Below are positions 1 to 9,689 of a stretch of DNA of 64,000 nucleotides, in pieces (within the stretch, counting starts at the first letter, position 1; each line of letters begins with the position of its first letter). A program made the position numbers and the translations under genes. Below the pieces are notes generated by a model, which saw only the letters and a program-made list of their open reading frames with translations, was not told the DNA's origin and did not search any database. Source of the stretch: Deltaproteobacteria bacterium. Its GTDB lineage: Bacteria > Desulfobacterota > Syntrophia > Syntrophales > Smithellaceae. Location of the stretch: NCBI GenBank assembly GCA_022703375.1, contig JAKLDS010000001.1, positions 13,540-77,539 on the forward strand. The letters are read 5' to 3'.

Positions 1-834
1 TTACAGCAGCCGGATATTAAAAAAGCGGAAGTTCTGATTGTCAAAGATGAGAATTTCAAAAAAGAAAATGTCTGTCTGGTTACCGGTGCGGCAAGCGGCA
101 TTGGCCGGGCGGTTGCTATCGCAATGGCTGCCAATGGAATTTCTGTGGCTGCCCTGGATATTGATGAGAACGGTGGCAAAGAAACAGTTACTATGGCCAA
201 GAAACTGGGTGGCAATGTCCAGTTTATCAAAACTGATTTTACTAACGATGCTCATATTGAAAACTGCGTTAAACAGTCGGCAAAAATGGGCAGTATCAAG
301 TTTCTGGCAAATATCGCCGGATTGCAGCACATTGATTCGGTGGAAAATTTCCCCATGCAAAAATATGATTTAATGCTTTCCATTATGCTTCGTGCGCCAT
401 TCTACCTCTCCAAGCTTGTTATCCCTCATATCAAGAAGAGTAAAAACGGTGTGGGTGCCATTGGCAACATGGCTTCCATTCATGCTCATATATGTACAAT
501 GAATAAACCGGTTTACAATATTACAAAATTCGGTCTGCGCGGTCTCACGCAGTCCATCGCCGCTGAAGGCGAGGGGAAAATCCGGTCTTTTTCCGTCAGC
601 ACCGGTTTCATCAAAACTCCGCTGGCGTTAAAGCAGATTCCGGCTCAGGCTGCCCAGCGCGGCATCACCGAAGAGGAAGTGGTGGTCAATGTCATGCTGG
701 GGAAATCCAGAGTTAAAGAAATGATGAATCCTGTAGAAGTGGCTAATTTGTTCGTATTTGGATTTTCCAAACATGGTAAATACCTGGTCGGCAACGATCT
801 GCTCTTCGATGGTGGTGTCGTAAAAACTTATTAA
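1..834 (+). CDS. Short-chain dehydrogenase/reductase (3-hydroxybutyrate dehydrogenase-like), 5' end outside window
   Basis: Frame 1 is open from nt 1 with no start codon before the Rossmann motif VTGAASGIGRA (nt 79-111). Catalytic YNITK (YxxxK) and a C-terminal DGG are present; stop TAA at 832-834. Confidence 0.85.
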   Translation, partial: LQQPDIKKAEVLIVKDENFKKENVCLVTGAASGIGRAVAIAMAANGISVAALDIDENGGKETVTMAKKLGGNVQFIKTDFTNDAHIENCVKQSAKMGSIKFLANIAGLQHIDSVENFPMQKYDLMLSIMLRAPFYLSKLVIPHIKKSKNGVGAIGNMASIHAHICTMNKPVYNITKFGLRGLTQSIAAEGEGKIRSFSVSTGFIKTPLALKQIPAQAAQRGITEEEVVVNVMLGKSRVKEMMNPVEVANLFVFGFSKHGKYLVGNDLLFDGGVVKTY

Positions 835-1075
835 TGAGACCCAAATTTCAGAAGCGAAGTGCACTGAAATTTGATGGTCGTAATGAATCTCAATTTTCAG
901 AAGCACCGACGAAGCGGGGCGAACTGAAAATTGTAAGCTGAATTATCCAATTCCGATGCAGAGGAATTGGGAATTATCCCCGAGGCGAAGCCTCAGCGGG
1001 ATTATTTGGGGTTTAATTCTCCGCCCCTCGGGGGGTAAATTCCTTTTGATACCCCGCTGCTTGCGGCGGGGTGGT
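832..1075 (+). repeat. Modular intergenic hairpin repeat (TAATGAGAC family), copy A
   Basis: Begins TAATGAGAC at the SDR stop codon. Units: taatgagac+ccaaatttcag/ctgaaatttg hairpin; taatgaatc+caattttcag/ctgaaaattg hairpin; then an AATTATCC terminal module (ccaattcc/ggaattgg and ccccgaggcgaagcctcagcggg hairpins). Related copies at 37835, 49349 and 50559. The 3' end is approximate. Confidence 0.8.
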
Positions 1076-1102
1076 TCATTTCGCCGGATATTTTTTAACC
1101 TG

Positions 1103-1146
1103 AATCCACATGGCGCTTTTTAGCAATGCCATGTGGATTTTTTTAT
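1103..1146 (+). terminator. Rho-independent terminator
   Basis: 11-bp perfect stem atccacatggc/gccatgtggat followed by a T-run (tttttttat). Confidence 0.75.
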
Positions 1147-1267
1147 CTCCGCCTGTCCGTTCTGCAGAATTAGTTACTAATCAGGTCTGATTACAGCAAT
1201 TTTTGTTGCCTAGTGCATAAAAAAACAGTATAGATAATACATAGTTTTAAAAAGGAGGAGGGCTAGA

Positions 1268-2353
1268 ATGAAAAAATTCTATGGAATTATCGTTATAGTT
1301 TTTTCGGTAACTTTATTTGCCTGTAGTGTTCTCGCTGAACCGATAAAATTAACAATGGTTAGTTGCTGGTCCAGCCATATGACCAATTTCGAGAGTGATA
1401 AGCGCTTTGCCAAATCTGTCTATGAGCTTTCCGGCGGTCGTCTGCAAATCAGTGTTAATGCCGCCGGAACCCTTGTCGCTCCAATGTCTGTTTTTGATCA
1501 GGTTTCCCGCGGCGCCTATGAAGTGGGATCCGATACACCTGCCTATTGGTCCGGAAAAAATTCCGCTTTTGATCTTTTTGCTTCCTTTCCCATGGGATTA
1601 AGCCAGCATGATGTTATCAACTGGTATTTCCATGCCGGCGGACAGGATATGGTCAATTATGTCTACGGCAAATACAACATGATTTATTTTATTACTTCGG
1701 TTGCTCCAGCCGGTTCCGGAATCCGTTCCCGGATGCCCATTCGCAGTATTTCTGACTATAAAGGGAAAAAAATAAGAATGTCCGGCAAGGCTCAGGGCTA
1801 TATTCTTAACAAGCTGGGTGCCGCGCAGGTGATGTTGGCCGGCAATGAAATTTATCAGGCGTTGCAAATGGGTACTATAGACGGAGCGGAGTTTGCCAGC
1901 CCCTCGATTGACTGGAGTATGGGGCTGGGTGAAGTAACGAAATACAGTATCGGACCGGGATGGCATCAGCCTTCTTCTGTTTACGGCATTATGATTAACA
2001 GGGAAGCTTGGAACAGGCTGCCGGCTGATTTGAAAAAGATTATCGAAGTGGCGGCCAACGAAAATATTGTTTACATGAGCTCCTGGTATGAGACGAAAAA
2101 TATGGATGCCTTCAACTACTTCAGCAAACGCAATGAAATAGCCAGACCTTTATCCGATAAGGATTTAACGATGATAGAGAACTGGGCGTGGGAGTATCTG
2201 CTTGCCGAAGCACGAAGAAATCCCGATTATGACAAGGTGGCTACCTCCATGTTTCAGTATCTGAAGGATTTCCGCATGACCCGCGATTCGCAGAAACCTT
2301 TCAGTCAGGGGCGTACCCCCGGCAGCATTCCCAAACTGCCGAACCTGAAATAA
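1268..2353 (+). CDS. dctP: TRAP transporter substrate-binding protein (DctP family)
   Basis: 361 aa with an N-terminal signal peptide and DctP-like sequence. RBS aaggagg lies upstream. The small and large TRAP permease genes follow directly. Confidence 0.85.
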   Translation: MKKFYGIIVIVFSVTLFACSVLAEPIKLTMVSCWSSHMTNFESDKRFAKSVYELSGGRLQISVNAAGTLVAPMSVFDQVSRGAYEVGSDTPAYWSGKNSAFDLFASFPMGLSQHDVINWYFHAGGQDMVNYVYGKYNMIYFITSVAPAGSGIRSRMPIRSISDYKGKKIRMSGKAQGYILNKLGAAQVMLAGNEIYQALQMGTIDGAEFASPSIDWSMGLGEVTKYSIGPGWHQPSSVYGIMINREAWNRLPADLKKIIEVAANENIVYMSSWYETKNMDAFNYFSKRNEIARPLSDKDLTMIENWAWEYLLAEARRNPDYDKVATSMFQYLKDFRMTRDSQKPFSQGRTPGSIPKLPNLK

Positions 2354-2434
2354 TGATTTATTCGGTCTTAAATTTTACCAGGACTGAATGGAAGCAATAA
2401 TAATTTATATTTTTTGCTGAGAATGAGGTGCTAT

Positions 2435-2968
2435 ATGAAGGAAAGTTTCGTTGTTAGCCTATGCAATAAAATAGATAATGTCAGCGATTGGCTGGGAAAG
2501 ATATTTTCCTGGCTTATTGTTTTACTGACCCTGCTGGTGGTTTTCGAAGTGGTTACGAGATCATTGAATGCTCCGACAACGTGGAGCTTTGAACTGCGCA
2601 ACTATGTTTTCGGTGCTTATTTCATGCTGGTGGCGAGTTATGCCCTGCTCTACGGATCGCATGTCCGCATTGACATCATCACCAGCCGGTTGTCAAAAAA
2701 GACGGAATCAATTATCTCGCTTCTCTGCTATCTTTTCCTTTTCTTTCCTTTTATCAGTGTCTGGTTTTACTTCGGCTGGAGCTATTTTTCCACTTCGTGG
2801 TCCATCAGTGAAAGATCGTGGAGCGTCTGGGGGCCGCCGATTTGGCCTGTCAAGCTTGTCATACCACTAGCGGCGCTGTTTCTTATTTTACAGGGCATAT
2901 CCGAACTGATAAAAACTATCGTCATGATTCGCATTCTAAGTGTAGCGTCCAAGGAGGTGTCCCGATGA
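2435..2968 (+). CDS. dctQ: TRAP transporter small permease (DctQ family)
   Basis: About 177 aa with 4 predicted TM segments. ATG at 2435 is preceded by gaggtg. The stop overlaps the dctM start (ATGA at 2965-2968). Confidence 0.8.
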   Translation: MKESFVVSLCNKIDNVSDWLGKIFSWLIVLLTLLVVFEVVTRSLNAPTTWSFELRNYVFGAYFMLVASYALLYGSHVRIDIITSRLSKKTESIISLLCYLFLFFPFISVWFYFGWSYFSTSWSISERSWSVWGPPIWPVKLVIPLAALFLILQGISELIKTIVMIRILSVASKEVSR

Positions 2969-4293
2969 GCATAACAATAATTGCCATATTAATGTTCATA
3001 GTGCTTATCGTCTGTTTCTTCCTCGGACATCCGCTGGCTTTTGTTCTGGGTGGTGTGGGCACATTATTCGGTTTGTTTTTAACGGGGCCTTCTTTTTTCC
3101 ATGCTTTTATTGACCGGATTTTTGCCGGCACCATGAGTAACTTTACGCTGGCAGCCATCGTGTTGTTTATTTTCATGGGCAATCTGCTCACTGTTTCCGG
3201 AATAGCGGACAGGTTGTTTGCGTCTCTTCGTTATCTTTTAGGTTCCTTGCGCGGCGGATTGGGCCTCGCGGTGCTGTTTGTCAGTATCATTTTTGCGGCC
3301 TGTACGGGAATTGTCGGCGCTTCGGTTGTTACAATGGGCCTTCTGGCGGGCCCGATGCTGCTGCGCTATGGCTATCAAAAAGAACTATCCATGGGCATAA
3401 TCACCGCAGGTGGTACCGTCGGGCTTATGATACCGCCCAGCATTATGCTGGTTATCATGGGCGATCAGGCCAATGTCGCTGTCGGCAAGCTTTTTGCCGC
3501 GGTTATCATTCCCGGATTGGCCATGAGCTTAGCCTATATGCTTTACGTGGCAATACGCTGCACAATCAATCCTAAAGTCGGGCCGCCGATTCCCGCCGAG
3601 CAGTTAGCCAAGGTTTCCTTCGGCCGCCGGGTTTTTACCGCCATTATTTATGCTTTGCCGCCGATATGTTTAATTTTGTTTGTTTTGTTTTCTATTTTTC
3701 TGGGTTACTTTACACCGGCGGAAGCTGCGGGCATCGGCTCTTTTCTCGCCATAATTTTGGTTCTGGTTTATCGCCGTTTTACCTGGGCGGGATTCCTGAC
3801 CACCATCTATCAAACGGCCAAGGCCAGTGCGATGGTTTTAATGATAATTGTCGGAGCATCCTGTTTTACCAGCGTTTTTATCGGAATGGGTGGTGGAACT
3901 GCCCTGGTGGAAGCTGTAATGGCTACAGGACTGGGTAAATGGGGTATTTACACTCTGATGATGATTATTCTACTGATTATGGGATGTTTTATTGACTGGG
4001 TCGGACTTGTGCTGATTGCCTTCCCCGTATTCCTGCCGATAGCCAAATTGCTGGGGTTCGACATGCTCTGGTATGTTACGATGATGGCGATGGTGCTGCA
4101 GATTGCTTTTCTGACTCCTCCCTTCGGTTATGCATTGTTTTATATGGCGGGATTGAAATTCGAAGGAGTCACCTTCCCGCATCTTTATCGGGGAGTGCTG
4201 CCTTTCGTTATCATGCAGGTTATCGGCTTCGTAATTCTTACTATTTATCCGGAGATAGTTTTATGGCTGCCTTCCATTATGTTTGATAAATAG
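2965..4293 (+). CDS. dctM: TRAP transporter large permease (DctM family)
   Basis: ATG at 2965 is preceded by aaggagg (2951-2957). The product is a polytopic membrane protein of about 442 aa. The ORF-track start at 2818 would overlap dctQ by 150 nt and is unlikely. Confidence 0.85.
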   Translation: MSITIIAILMFIVLIVCFFLGHPLAFVLGGVGTLFGLFLTGPSFFHAFIDRIFAGTMSNFTLAAIVLFIFMGNLLTVSGIADRLFASLRYLLGSLRGGLGLAVLFVSIIFAACTGIVGASVVTMGLLAGPMLLRYGYQKELSMGIITAGGTVGLMIPPSIMLVIMGDQANVAVGKLFAAVIIPGLAMSLAYMLYVAIRCTINPKVGPPIPAEQLAKVSFGRRVFTAIIYALPPICLILFVLFSIFLGYFTPAEAAGIGSFLAIILVLVYRRFTWAGFLTTIYQTAKASAMVLMIIVGASCFTSVFIGMGGGTALVEAVMATGLGKWGIYTLMMIILLIMGCFIDWVGLVLIAFPVFLPIAKLLGFDMLWYVTMMAMVLQIAFLTPPFGYALFYMAGLKFEGVTFPHLYRGVLPFVIMQVIGFVILTIYPEIVLWLPSIMFDK

Positions 4294-4324
4294 CTGAAGG
4301 GGTTATTTGCCGGTTATTGCGCCG

Positions 4325-4357
4325 GAGGGGAAGCAAAATACTTCCCCTCTTTTTTTA
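4325..4357 (+). terminator. Rho-independent terminator after the TRAP operon
   Basis: Stem gaggggaag/cttcccctc followed by ttttttt. Confidence 0.8.
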
Positions 4358-4451
4358 TCTAGGCAATTGTAAAATCTTGTGATACTCAAATTACGATATC
4401 TGTCAATATTGCGATATGGTTAACCGGTAGCTGTTATAAGGAGAAATCACA

Positions 4452-5303
4452 ATGGCGGGAGTGCTGCACAGAACATTAAAAACAATCGAGGATTATAAAT
4501 CAGCCAATCCTCATTACACTGAACTTCTTGATATTCTGGGAGAGATCATGATTCTCCGTGAAGAATACCGGAAGAATATGAAGGAATCAATATTCACTGT
4601 GGACGAAAATCTTATCGAGCAGAAAATGAAGGGGGGCCTGCCTTTAATTGATTTTGCCGGAGGAAAATACGACTTGACACGTCCGGAAAAATATTTTCAT
4701 TCGCTCATTGTTATTGCGGAAAAGAAAATGCCTCCGGAAGCAGTTAATATTATTAAAACAATTAAGGACAACAAATTTGACTGGGAAAAAATGATCCGGG
4801 CTTCCTTTGACGGAACTGATGTTGAGCCCGTTCTGGATAAAACAAAGACAGAAGGCGCATCGGAGGATGAGCTCGATTTGATTGATTTGTTTGTGGAAGA
4901 AAGCCTGCGACCGGAATTAGAGTGTGTGGCGGAGCAATACGGCAAAATTGTCGCTAAATCCGGCTGGACGGAAGGCTATTGCCCTATCTGCGGCAAAGAG
5001 CCGAAAATAGGCGAAATCAGGGAAAGCGAGGAGGGCAGGCGCTATCTGTTTTGTCACCAGTGCGGCCATAAATGGCATTTCCGGAGAATCAAATGCCCTT
5101 TCTGCGGCAATGAAGAACAGCATACCCTCGCTTATTTCATAGTGGAAGGCGAAGAACGCCACCGGGTGGATGTCTGCAAGAAATGCCGCCGTTACATCAA
5201 GATGGTTGATTTGCCCAAAACCGGTGAAGAGCTTAACCTCGACGTCGAAGATATCGCCACCCTGCATCTGGATATGCTGGCTTATGATGAAGGATACAAC
5301 TGA
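4452..5303 (+). CDS. fdhE: FdhE-like protein (formate dehydrogenase accessory family, rubredoxin-like Cys clusters)
   Basis: C-terminal CxxC pairs: CPICG...CHQCG...CPFCG...CKKCRRYIK, the typical FdhE architecture; 283 aa. Confidence 0.7.
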   Translation: MAGVLHRTLKTIEDYKSANPHYTELLDILGEIMILREEYRKNMKESIFTVDENLIEQKMKGGLPLIDFAGGKYDLTRPEKYFHSLIVIAEKKMPPEAVNIIKTIKDNKFDWEKMIRASFDGTDVEPVLDKTKTEGASEDELDLIDLFVEESLRPELECVAEQYGKIVAKSGWTEGYCPICGKEPKIGEIRESEEGRRYLFCHQCGHKWHFRRIKCPFCGNEEQHTLAYFIVEGEERHRVDVCKKCRRYIKMVDLPKTGEELNLDVEDIATLHLDMLAYDEGYN

Positions 5304-5325
5304 TAATAAATACGGCAGGCTGAAG

Positions 5326-7092
5326 TTAGATTGTAGCGACCGTCAGACCTCTATTTTTTAAGGGAAAAAACAGGGATACTTCAGTTCCGCGTCCCAGGTG
5401 GCTGGTTATTTCCATTTTTCCTGCGTGGGCAATCATCAGGTGTTTCACTATTGACAATCCCAACCCGGTGCCGCCCAGTTCCCGCGAACGATTTTTGTCC
5501 ACGCGATAAAAACGTTCGCCCAGCCGTTCAATTTCTTCCGGCGGAATCCCAATTCCCGTATCGCTGACGGTTACGGCGACAAAGTTACCCGCTATTTCCG
5601 CGCCGACGGTTACTTTGCCGTTTTCTGGAGTGAATTTTACCGCATTATCCAGAATGTTGACGAATATCTGTGACAGTCTGTCTTTATCCGCCCGGATAGG
5701 GGGCAATATCTCCGCCACCAGATTAACGATTTCGATATTTTTCATTTTTGCTTTCGTTGCAACCAGCGGCAGAATATTGTTTACGGCATCAGCTAAACAG
5801 CATTCTTCCCAGTGAAAATTTGTTTCTCCCAGTTCAATTTTTGATATTGTCAGTAAATCCTCCACCAGACGGTTTAACCGCTCTGCATGCTGCAATATTA
5901 TATCAATAAATTTTCGTGTCTCTTCGGTGTTGGCGAGCGCGCCGTCCCGGATTGTTTCCAGATAGCCCAGGATTGCCGTGAGCGGTGTTCTGATTTCGTG
6001 GGTGACATTAGCGACAAAGTCAATTTTGATGCGTTCCAGTCTTTTCAACCGGGTGATGTCATGAAATACAACCATGGTCTTTTTATTTTCCTCATTGCCC
6101 TGAATTCCGGAAATGCTGATTTTTAAAATTACATGCTGCAGATTGCCCAGCGTGATTTCGCCATAGACCGGCTGACATGTTTCTTTAAACTTCAGGAAGG
6201 CCTTCTGCAGCTCCACGCTGCGAAAAGCCTCCAGCAAAGTTTTACCGATAACTTCTCCGTATTGTGCCGTTAGTATATTGCTCATTGCCGGATTGACAAC
6301 TTCAATCCTGTCGGTTTCATCCAGAATTATGACTCCTTCATTCATGCTGCCGAAAGCCGTCATCAGTTTACTGCTTTCTTCATTGGCCAGACGAATTTTG
6401 GTTTCCAGTTCGGCGACCAGATAATTAATATTGTCCGCCAGTTTCTTAGTTTCATCGGAAGTTTTAATAAAGACAGCCCCTGCAGCCTGTCCCTGCCGCA
6501 GTTTCTCCGTAAATCTTTCCATCGCCTTGATGGGCAGCGCCAGCCGGTAGGCAAAGATAATCGCAATTATTAACGAGCAGACGGCAACCAGGAACAGCGC
6601 CAGGAAGAATGAATTGTAGACTTTTTCAATAGTGTTACGGACATCGAAAAGCGGACGCGCCAGCCTGACGTACCCGGTTATCCTGGAGCCGGACTTTATT
6701 GGTACGGCAACATAGAGCATATCCACGCCGATTGTTGCGCTGTAGCGGATGGCATTGCCCTTTCCTTTGAGCCTCGCTTCCTGTATTTCGGGACGGTTTA
6801 AATGATTTTCCAAAACAGTGATTGCTTTTTCGGAATCGGCAAAAACCTTTCCCAGTGCATCAACAAGAGTTACCCGGGCGCCTGATATGCCGGCGATTTG
6901 TTTCAGCTGCTGAGAGATATTTTCTGCAGAGCTTAAATCCAGCAACTGGGCATACGTCATTAATTGATTCTCAATCTGCCCGGTCATAATATTCTTTATT
7001 TCATCCCGGGCGAACAGATTCAAAATAATGAAAGAAAGCGCAACTATCGCGAGATAAGTGCCGAATATTTTGAAAAAAAGGCTTCGTTTCAT
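5326..7092 (-). CDS. phoR: Phosphate regulon sensor histidine kinase (PhoR-like; TM-HAMP-PAS-HisKA-HATPase)
   Basis: H-box VTHEIRTPLT and G-box GGTGLGLSIV are present. It lies at the end of the phoB-pst-phoU cluster. Confidence 0.85.
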   Translation of the reverse strand: MKRSLFFKIFGTYLAIVALSFIILNLFARDEIKNIMTGQIENQLMTYAQLLDLSSAENISQQLKQIAGISGARVTLVDALGKVFADSEKAITVLENHLNRPEIQEARLKGKGNAIRYSATIGVDMLYVAVPIKSGSRITGYVRLARPLFDVRNTIEKVYNSFFLALFLVAVCSLIIAIIFAYRLALPIKAMERFTEKLRQGQAAGAVFIKTSDETKKLADNINYLVAELETKIRLANEESSKLMTAFGSMNEGVIILDETDRIEVVNPAMSNILTAQYGEVIGKTLLEAFRSVELQKAFLKFKETCQPVYGEITLGNLQHVILKISISGIQGNEENKKTMVVFHDITRLKRLERIKIDFVANVTHEIRTPLTAILGYLETIRDGALANTEETRKFIDIILQHAERLNRLVEDLLTISKIELGETNFHWEECCLADAVNNILPLVATKAKMKNIEIVNLVAEILPPIRADKDRLSQIFVNILDNAVKFTPENGKVTVGAEIAGNFVAVTVSDTGIGIPPEEIERLGERFYRVDKNRSRELGGTGLGLSIVKHLMIAHAGKMEITSHLGRGTEVSLFFPLKNRGLTVATI

Positions 7093-7125
7093 AAAAATCC
7101 CGTTTTAACAATGTGCAGTGCGCTA

Positions 7126-7806
7126 TCAACCACGCGGAACTTCATGCCGGACGCTCTGGCCGGTGACCATATAAATAACTATATCCGCGATACCTTTGGC
7201 ATGGTCGGAAATCCGTTCCAGATTCTTGGAAATCTGAGTGATAATCATCGCCCGATGAATGGAACGCGTGTCTTCCATCATAAATGTGAGCAACTCTCGA
7301 AATACCTGCTCATTGAGGCTATCAATTATCTCGTCATCTTTTCTTACTTTGTTGGCAAGAGCAATATCTTCGCGGATCAGTGAATCAATGCTCTCACGAA
7401 TCATTCCGCGGGCGACTTCCGCCATGTGCGGTAAATCAATGTATGGTTTTAACTGCGGCTCCGCATTGAGAATGATGATTTTTTCGGCAATATTAGACGC
7501 CATGTCCCCGATTCTTTCCAGATGGCCGTTAATTTTAACTGCCGTTGTAATAAACCGCAAATCCCTGGCCGCAGGTTGCCTCAGGGCCAGCAGACGAATG
7601 CATGTCTCTTCAATTTCGATGTCCAGAGAGTCAATCTGGTCGTCTTCTTCAATCACCATTCTGGCCAGCTGGGAATCTCTTTTCAACAGAGCTTCAATAT
7701 CTTTGGCAATTGCTTTTTCCGCCAGTGCAGCCATATAAATAAGACTTTCCTTGATTTTCCGCAATTCTTTTTCATACTGAATGCTGGTGTGCTGCTTTTC
7801 TTCCAT
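7126..7806 (-). CDS. phoU: Phosphate signalling complex protein PhoU
   Basis: 226 aa from the ATG at 7806, preceded by caggagg. Two PhoU repeats are present (ERIGDMASNIAE / ERISDHAKGIAD). Confidence 0.9.
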   Translation of the reverse strand: MEEKQHTSIQYEKELRKIKESLIYMAALAEKAIAKDIEALLKRDSQLARMVIEEDDQIDSLDIEIEETCIRLLALRQPAARDLRFITTAVKINGHLERIGDMASNIAEKIIILNAEPQLKPYIDLPHMAEVARGMIRESIDSLIREDIALANKVRKDDEIIDSLNEQVFRELLTFMMEDTRSIHRAMIITQISKNLERISDHAKGIADIVIYMVTGQSVRHEVPRG

Positions 7807-7974
7807 TATAATTCCTCCTGAATAAATACCGCCTGCAAAATTAAAAGGCTTTGCCAATAGCTCCAGCTGCAAGGCGCGCCAAGCATTGGGAGTGAGGCGT
7901 ACTTTTGACGTACGCCGCAACGACATAAGGCTGCAGCACAACGCAGCAGATGGTCTATTTCCAAAGACTTCATA

Positions 7975-8736
7975 TCAGCCGAACCTGCCTGTTATATAAT
8001 CTTCCGTATGCTTCACATCAGGCTTCGTGAATATTTTTTCCGTCTTGTTATATTCTATTAGCTTCCCGATATAGAAGAAAGCGGTTTCATCGGAGATACG
8101 CGCCGCCTGCTGCATATTATGCGTTACAATAATTATTGTATAGTGTTTTTTCAGTTCCTCAATCAATTCTTCAATTTTGGCGGTGGATATGGGGTCGAGC
8201 GCTGATGTCGGCTCATCCATCAGCAGAACATCCGGCTTCATCGCCAGGGCCCGGGCGATGCAGAGACGCTGTTGCTGTCCACCGGAAAGAGTCATGGCTG
8301 ATTTATGCAGAATGTCCTTGACCTCGTTCCACAAAACGGCTTGCCGTAGGCTGTATTCCACAAGTGTATCCAGATCGTTCTTCTTGTGAGCCCACGTAAG
8401 AAGAGGGCCATAAGCGATGTTGTTATAAATAGTTTTGGGAAAAGGGTTGGGTTTCTGAAAAACCATGCCGATTTTTTTTCGTATTTCCACAGGGTCAATA
8501 TCTTCCGAGTAAATATTTTTACCTGCAAAAAGGATTTCTCCTTCCACCCGTGTGCCGTCAATAAGGTCATTCATCCTGTTGAGCAGACGCAGGAGCGTTG
8601 ATTTGCCGCAACCGGAAGGGCCAATCAGAGCTGTAACTCTATTTTTGTTGAAATCCATTGTAATATCTGTCAGCGCCTTTGTCTGGCCGTAATAGAAATT
8701 AACATTATGCAAATTGATAATAGGTTTTCCTTCCAT
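7975..8736 (-). CDS. pstB: Phosphate ABC transporter ATP-binding protein PstB
   Basis: Walker [10 protein letters not shown], signature LSGGQQQRL and Walker B LLMDEP are present. ATG at 8736 lies just after the pstA stop. Confidence 0.95.
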   Translation of the reverse strand: MEGKPIINLHNVNFYYGQTKALTDITMDFNKNRVTALIGPSGCGKSTLLRLLNRMNDLIDGTRVEGEILFAGKNIYSEDIDPVEIRKKIGMVFQKPNPFPKTIYNNIAYGPLLTWAHKKNDLDTLVEYSLRQAVLWNEVKDILHKSAMTLSGGQQQRLCIARALAMKPDVLLMDEPTSALDPISTAKIEELIEELKKHYTIIIVTHNMQQAARISDETAFFYIGKLIEYNKTEKIFTKPDVKHTEDYITGRFG

Positions 8737-8738
8737 GC

Positions 8739-9617
8739 TTACCACCTTTTCTGTTTTCTCATGTAACTGCGGATTACTATCGCGATTAAATCAATACCGA
8801 GCACCAGCGCCACCAGAACGAGCACTGTTCCATACTGCAGCGGCCTGGTTTGTTCAATATTAGTTCCGGCGGTAGCTAAAACATAGATATGATAGGGCAG
8901 AGCCATCACCTCATCGAAAAGGGAGCCGGGTAATTTTGTTGTAAAATAAGCGGCAGCCGTAAACATAATAGGTGCTGTTTCACCGGCGGCGCGGCCTATT
9001 CCGAGAATGGAGCCGGTTAAAATCCCCGGCAACGCTGCGGGCAGAACAATACGCAGGGTTGTCTGCCATTTGGATACGCCGAGCGCGAGCGATGCCTCCC
9101 GGAAAGTCTGTGGCACCGCTTTCAGTGCCTCTTCGGCAGCGCCGATGATGGTCGGCATTATTAAAAAGCCCAGTGTCAAAGAGCCCGCCAGAATGCTGGA
9201 GCCGAATTTTAAAAATACGACAAAAAAGCCGAGGCCAAAAAGGCCGAAAACAACCGAGGGCACACCAGCCAGACAGTTGATGCCGATTTTAATTATTCTG
9301 ATTATCCGGCCCTGTCTGGCATATTCCGTCAGATAAATTGCGGAAACAACACCCAGCGGCAAACCGATAGCAATGGCTCCCACAGTCAAATAAATGGTGC
9401 CCACTATCGCCGGCATTATACCGCCCTTCGTCATTGAATCAGTCGGAGGCTTCGTAATAAAATCCCAGCTGATGGCGCCGATGCCGTTAACAATAATATA
9501 AAACAGCAGTCCCCCCAGGGCCGCGGCAATGATTAAGGCGGATAGACGCACAATACCAAAGAAGGCATGCTGCCTGAAGTAGCGCCATTTCATGGCTCGG
9601 ATTTTTGTTTCTATCAT
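8739..9617 (-). CDS. pstA: Phosphate ABC transporter permease PstA
   Basis: 292-aa polytopic permease with an EAA-like motif ([13 protein letters not shown]), located between pstC and pstB. Confidence 0.9.
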   Translation of the reverse strand: MIETKIRAMKWRYFRQHAFFGIVRLSALIIAAALGGLLFYIIVNGIGAISWDFITKPPTDSMTKGGIMPAIVGTIYLTVGAIAIGLPLGVVSAIYLTEYARQGRIIRIIKIGINCLAGVPSVVFGLFGLGFFVVFLKFGSSILAGSLTLGFLIMPTIIGAAEEALKAVPQTFREASLALGVSKWQTTLRIVLPAALPGILTGSILGIGRAAGETAPIMFTAAAYFTTKLPGSLFDEVMALPYHIYVLATAGTNIEQTRPLQYGTVLVLVALVLGIDLIAIVIRSYMRKQKRW

Positions 9618-9689
9618 ACTGTTACCTTGTCATGCCATAAGGGCGAAGCGCCGCCAACAAAGTTAGCCTGTGAAAGCAAATGCTGTAGG

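Noticed and set aside
2818-2964. N-terminal extensions suggested by the ORF track for dctM (2818), phoU (7941), the 16558 gene (16989), the COG1579 protein (25375) and others
   Set aside because: The extensions overlap upstream genes or lack an RBS. Internal starts with good Shine-Dalgarno sequences give products of the family-typical length.
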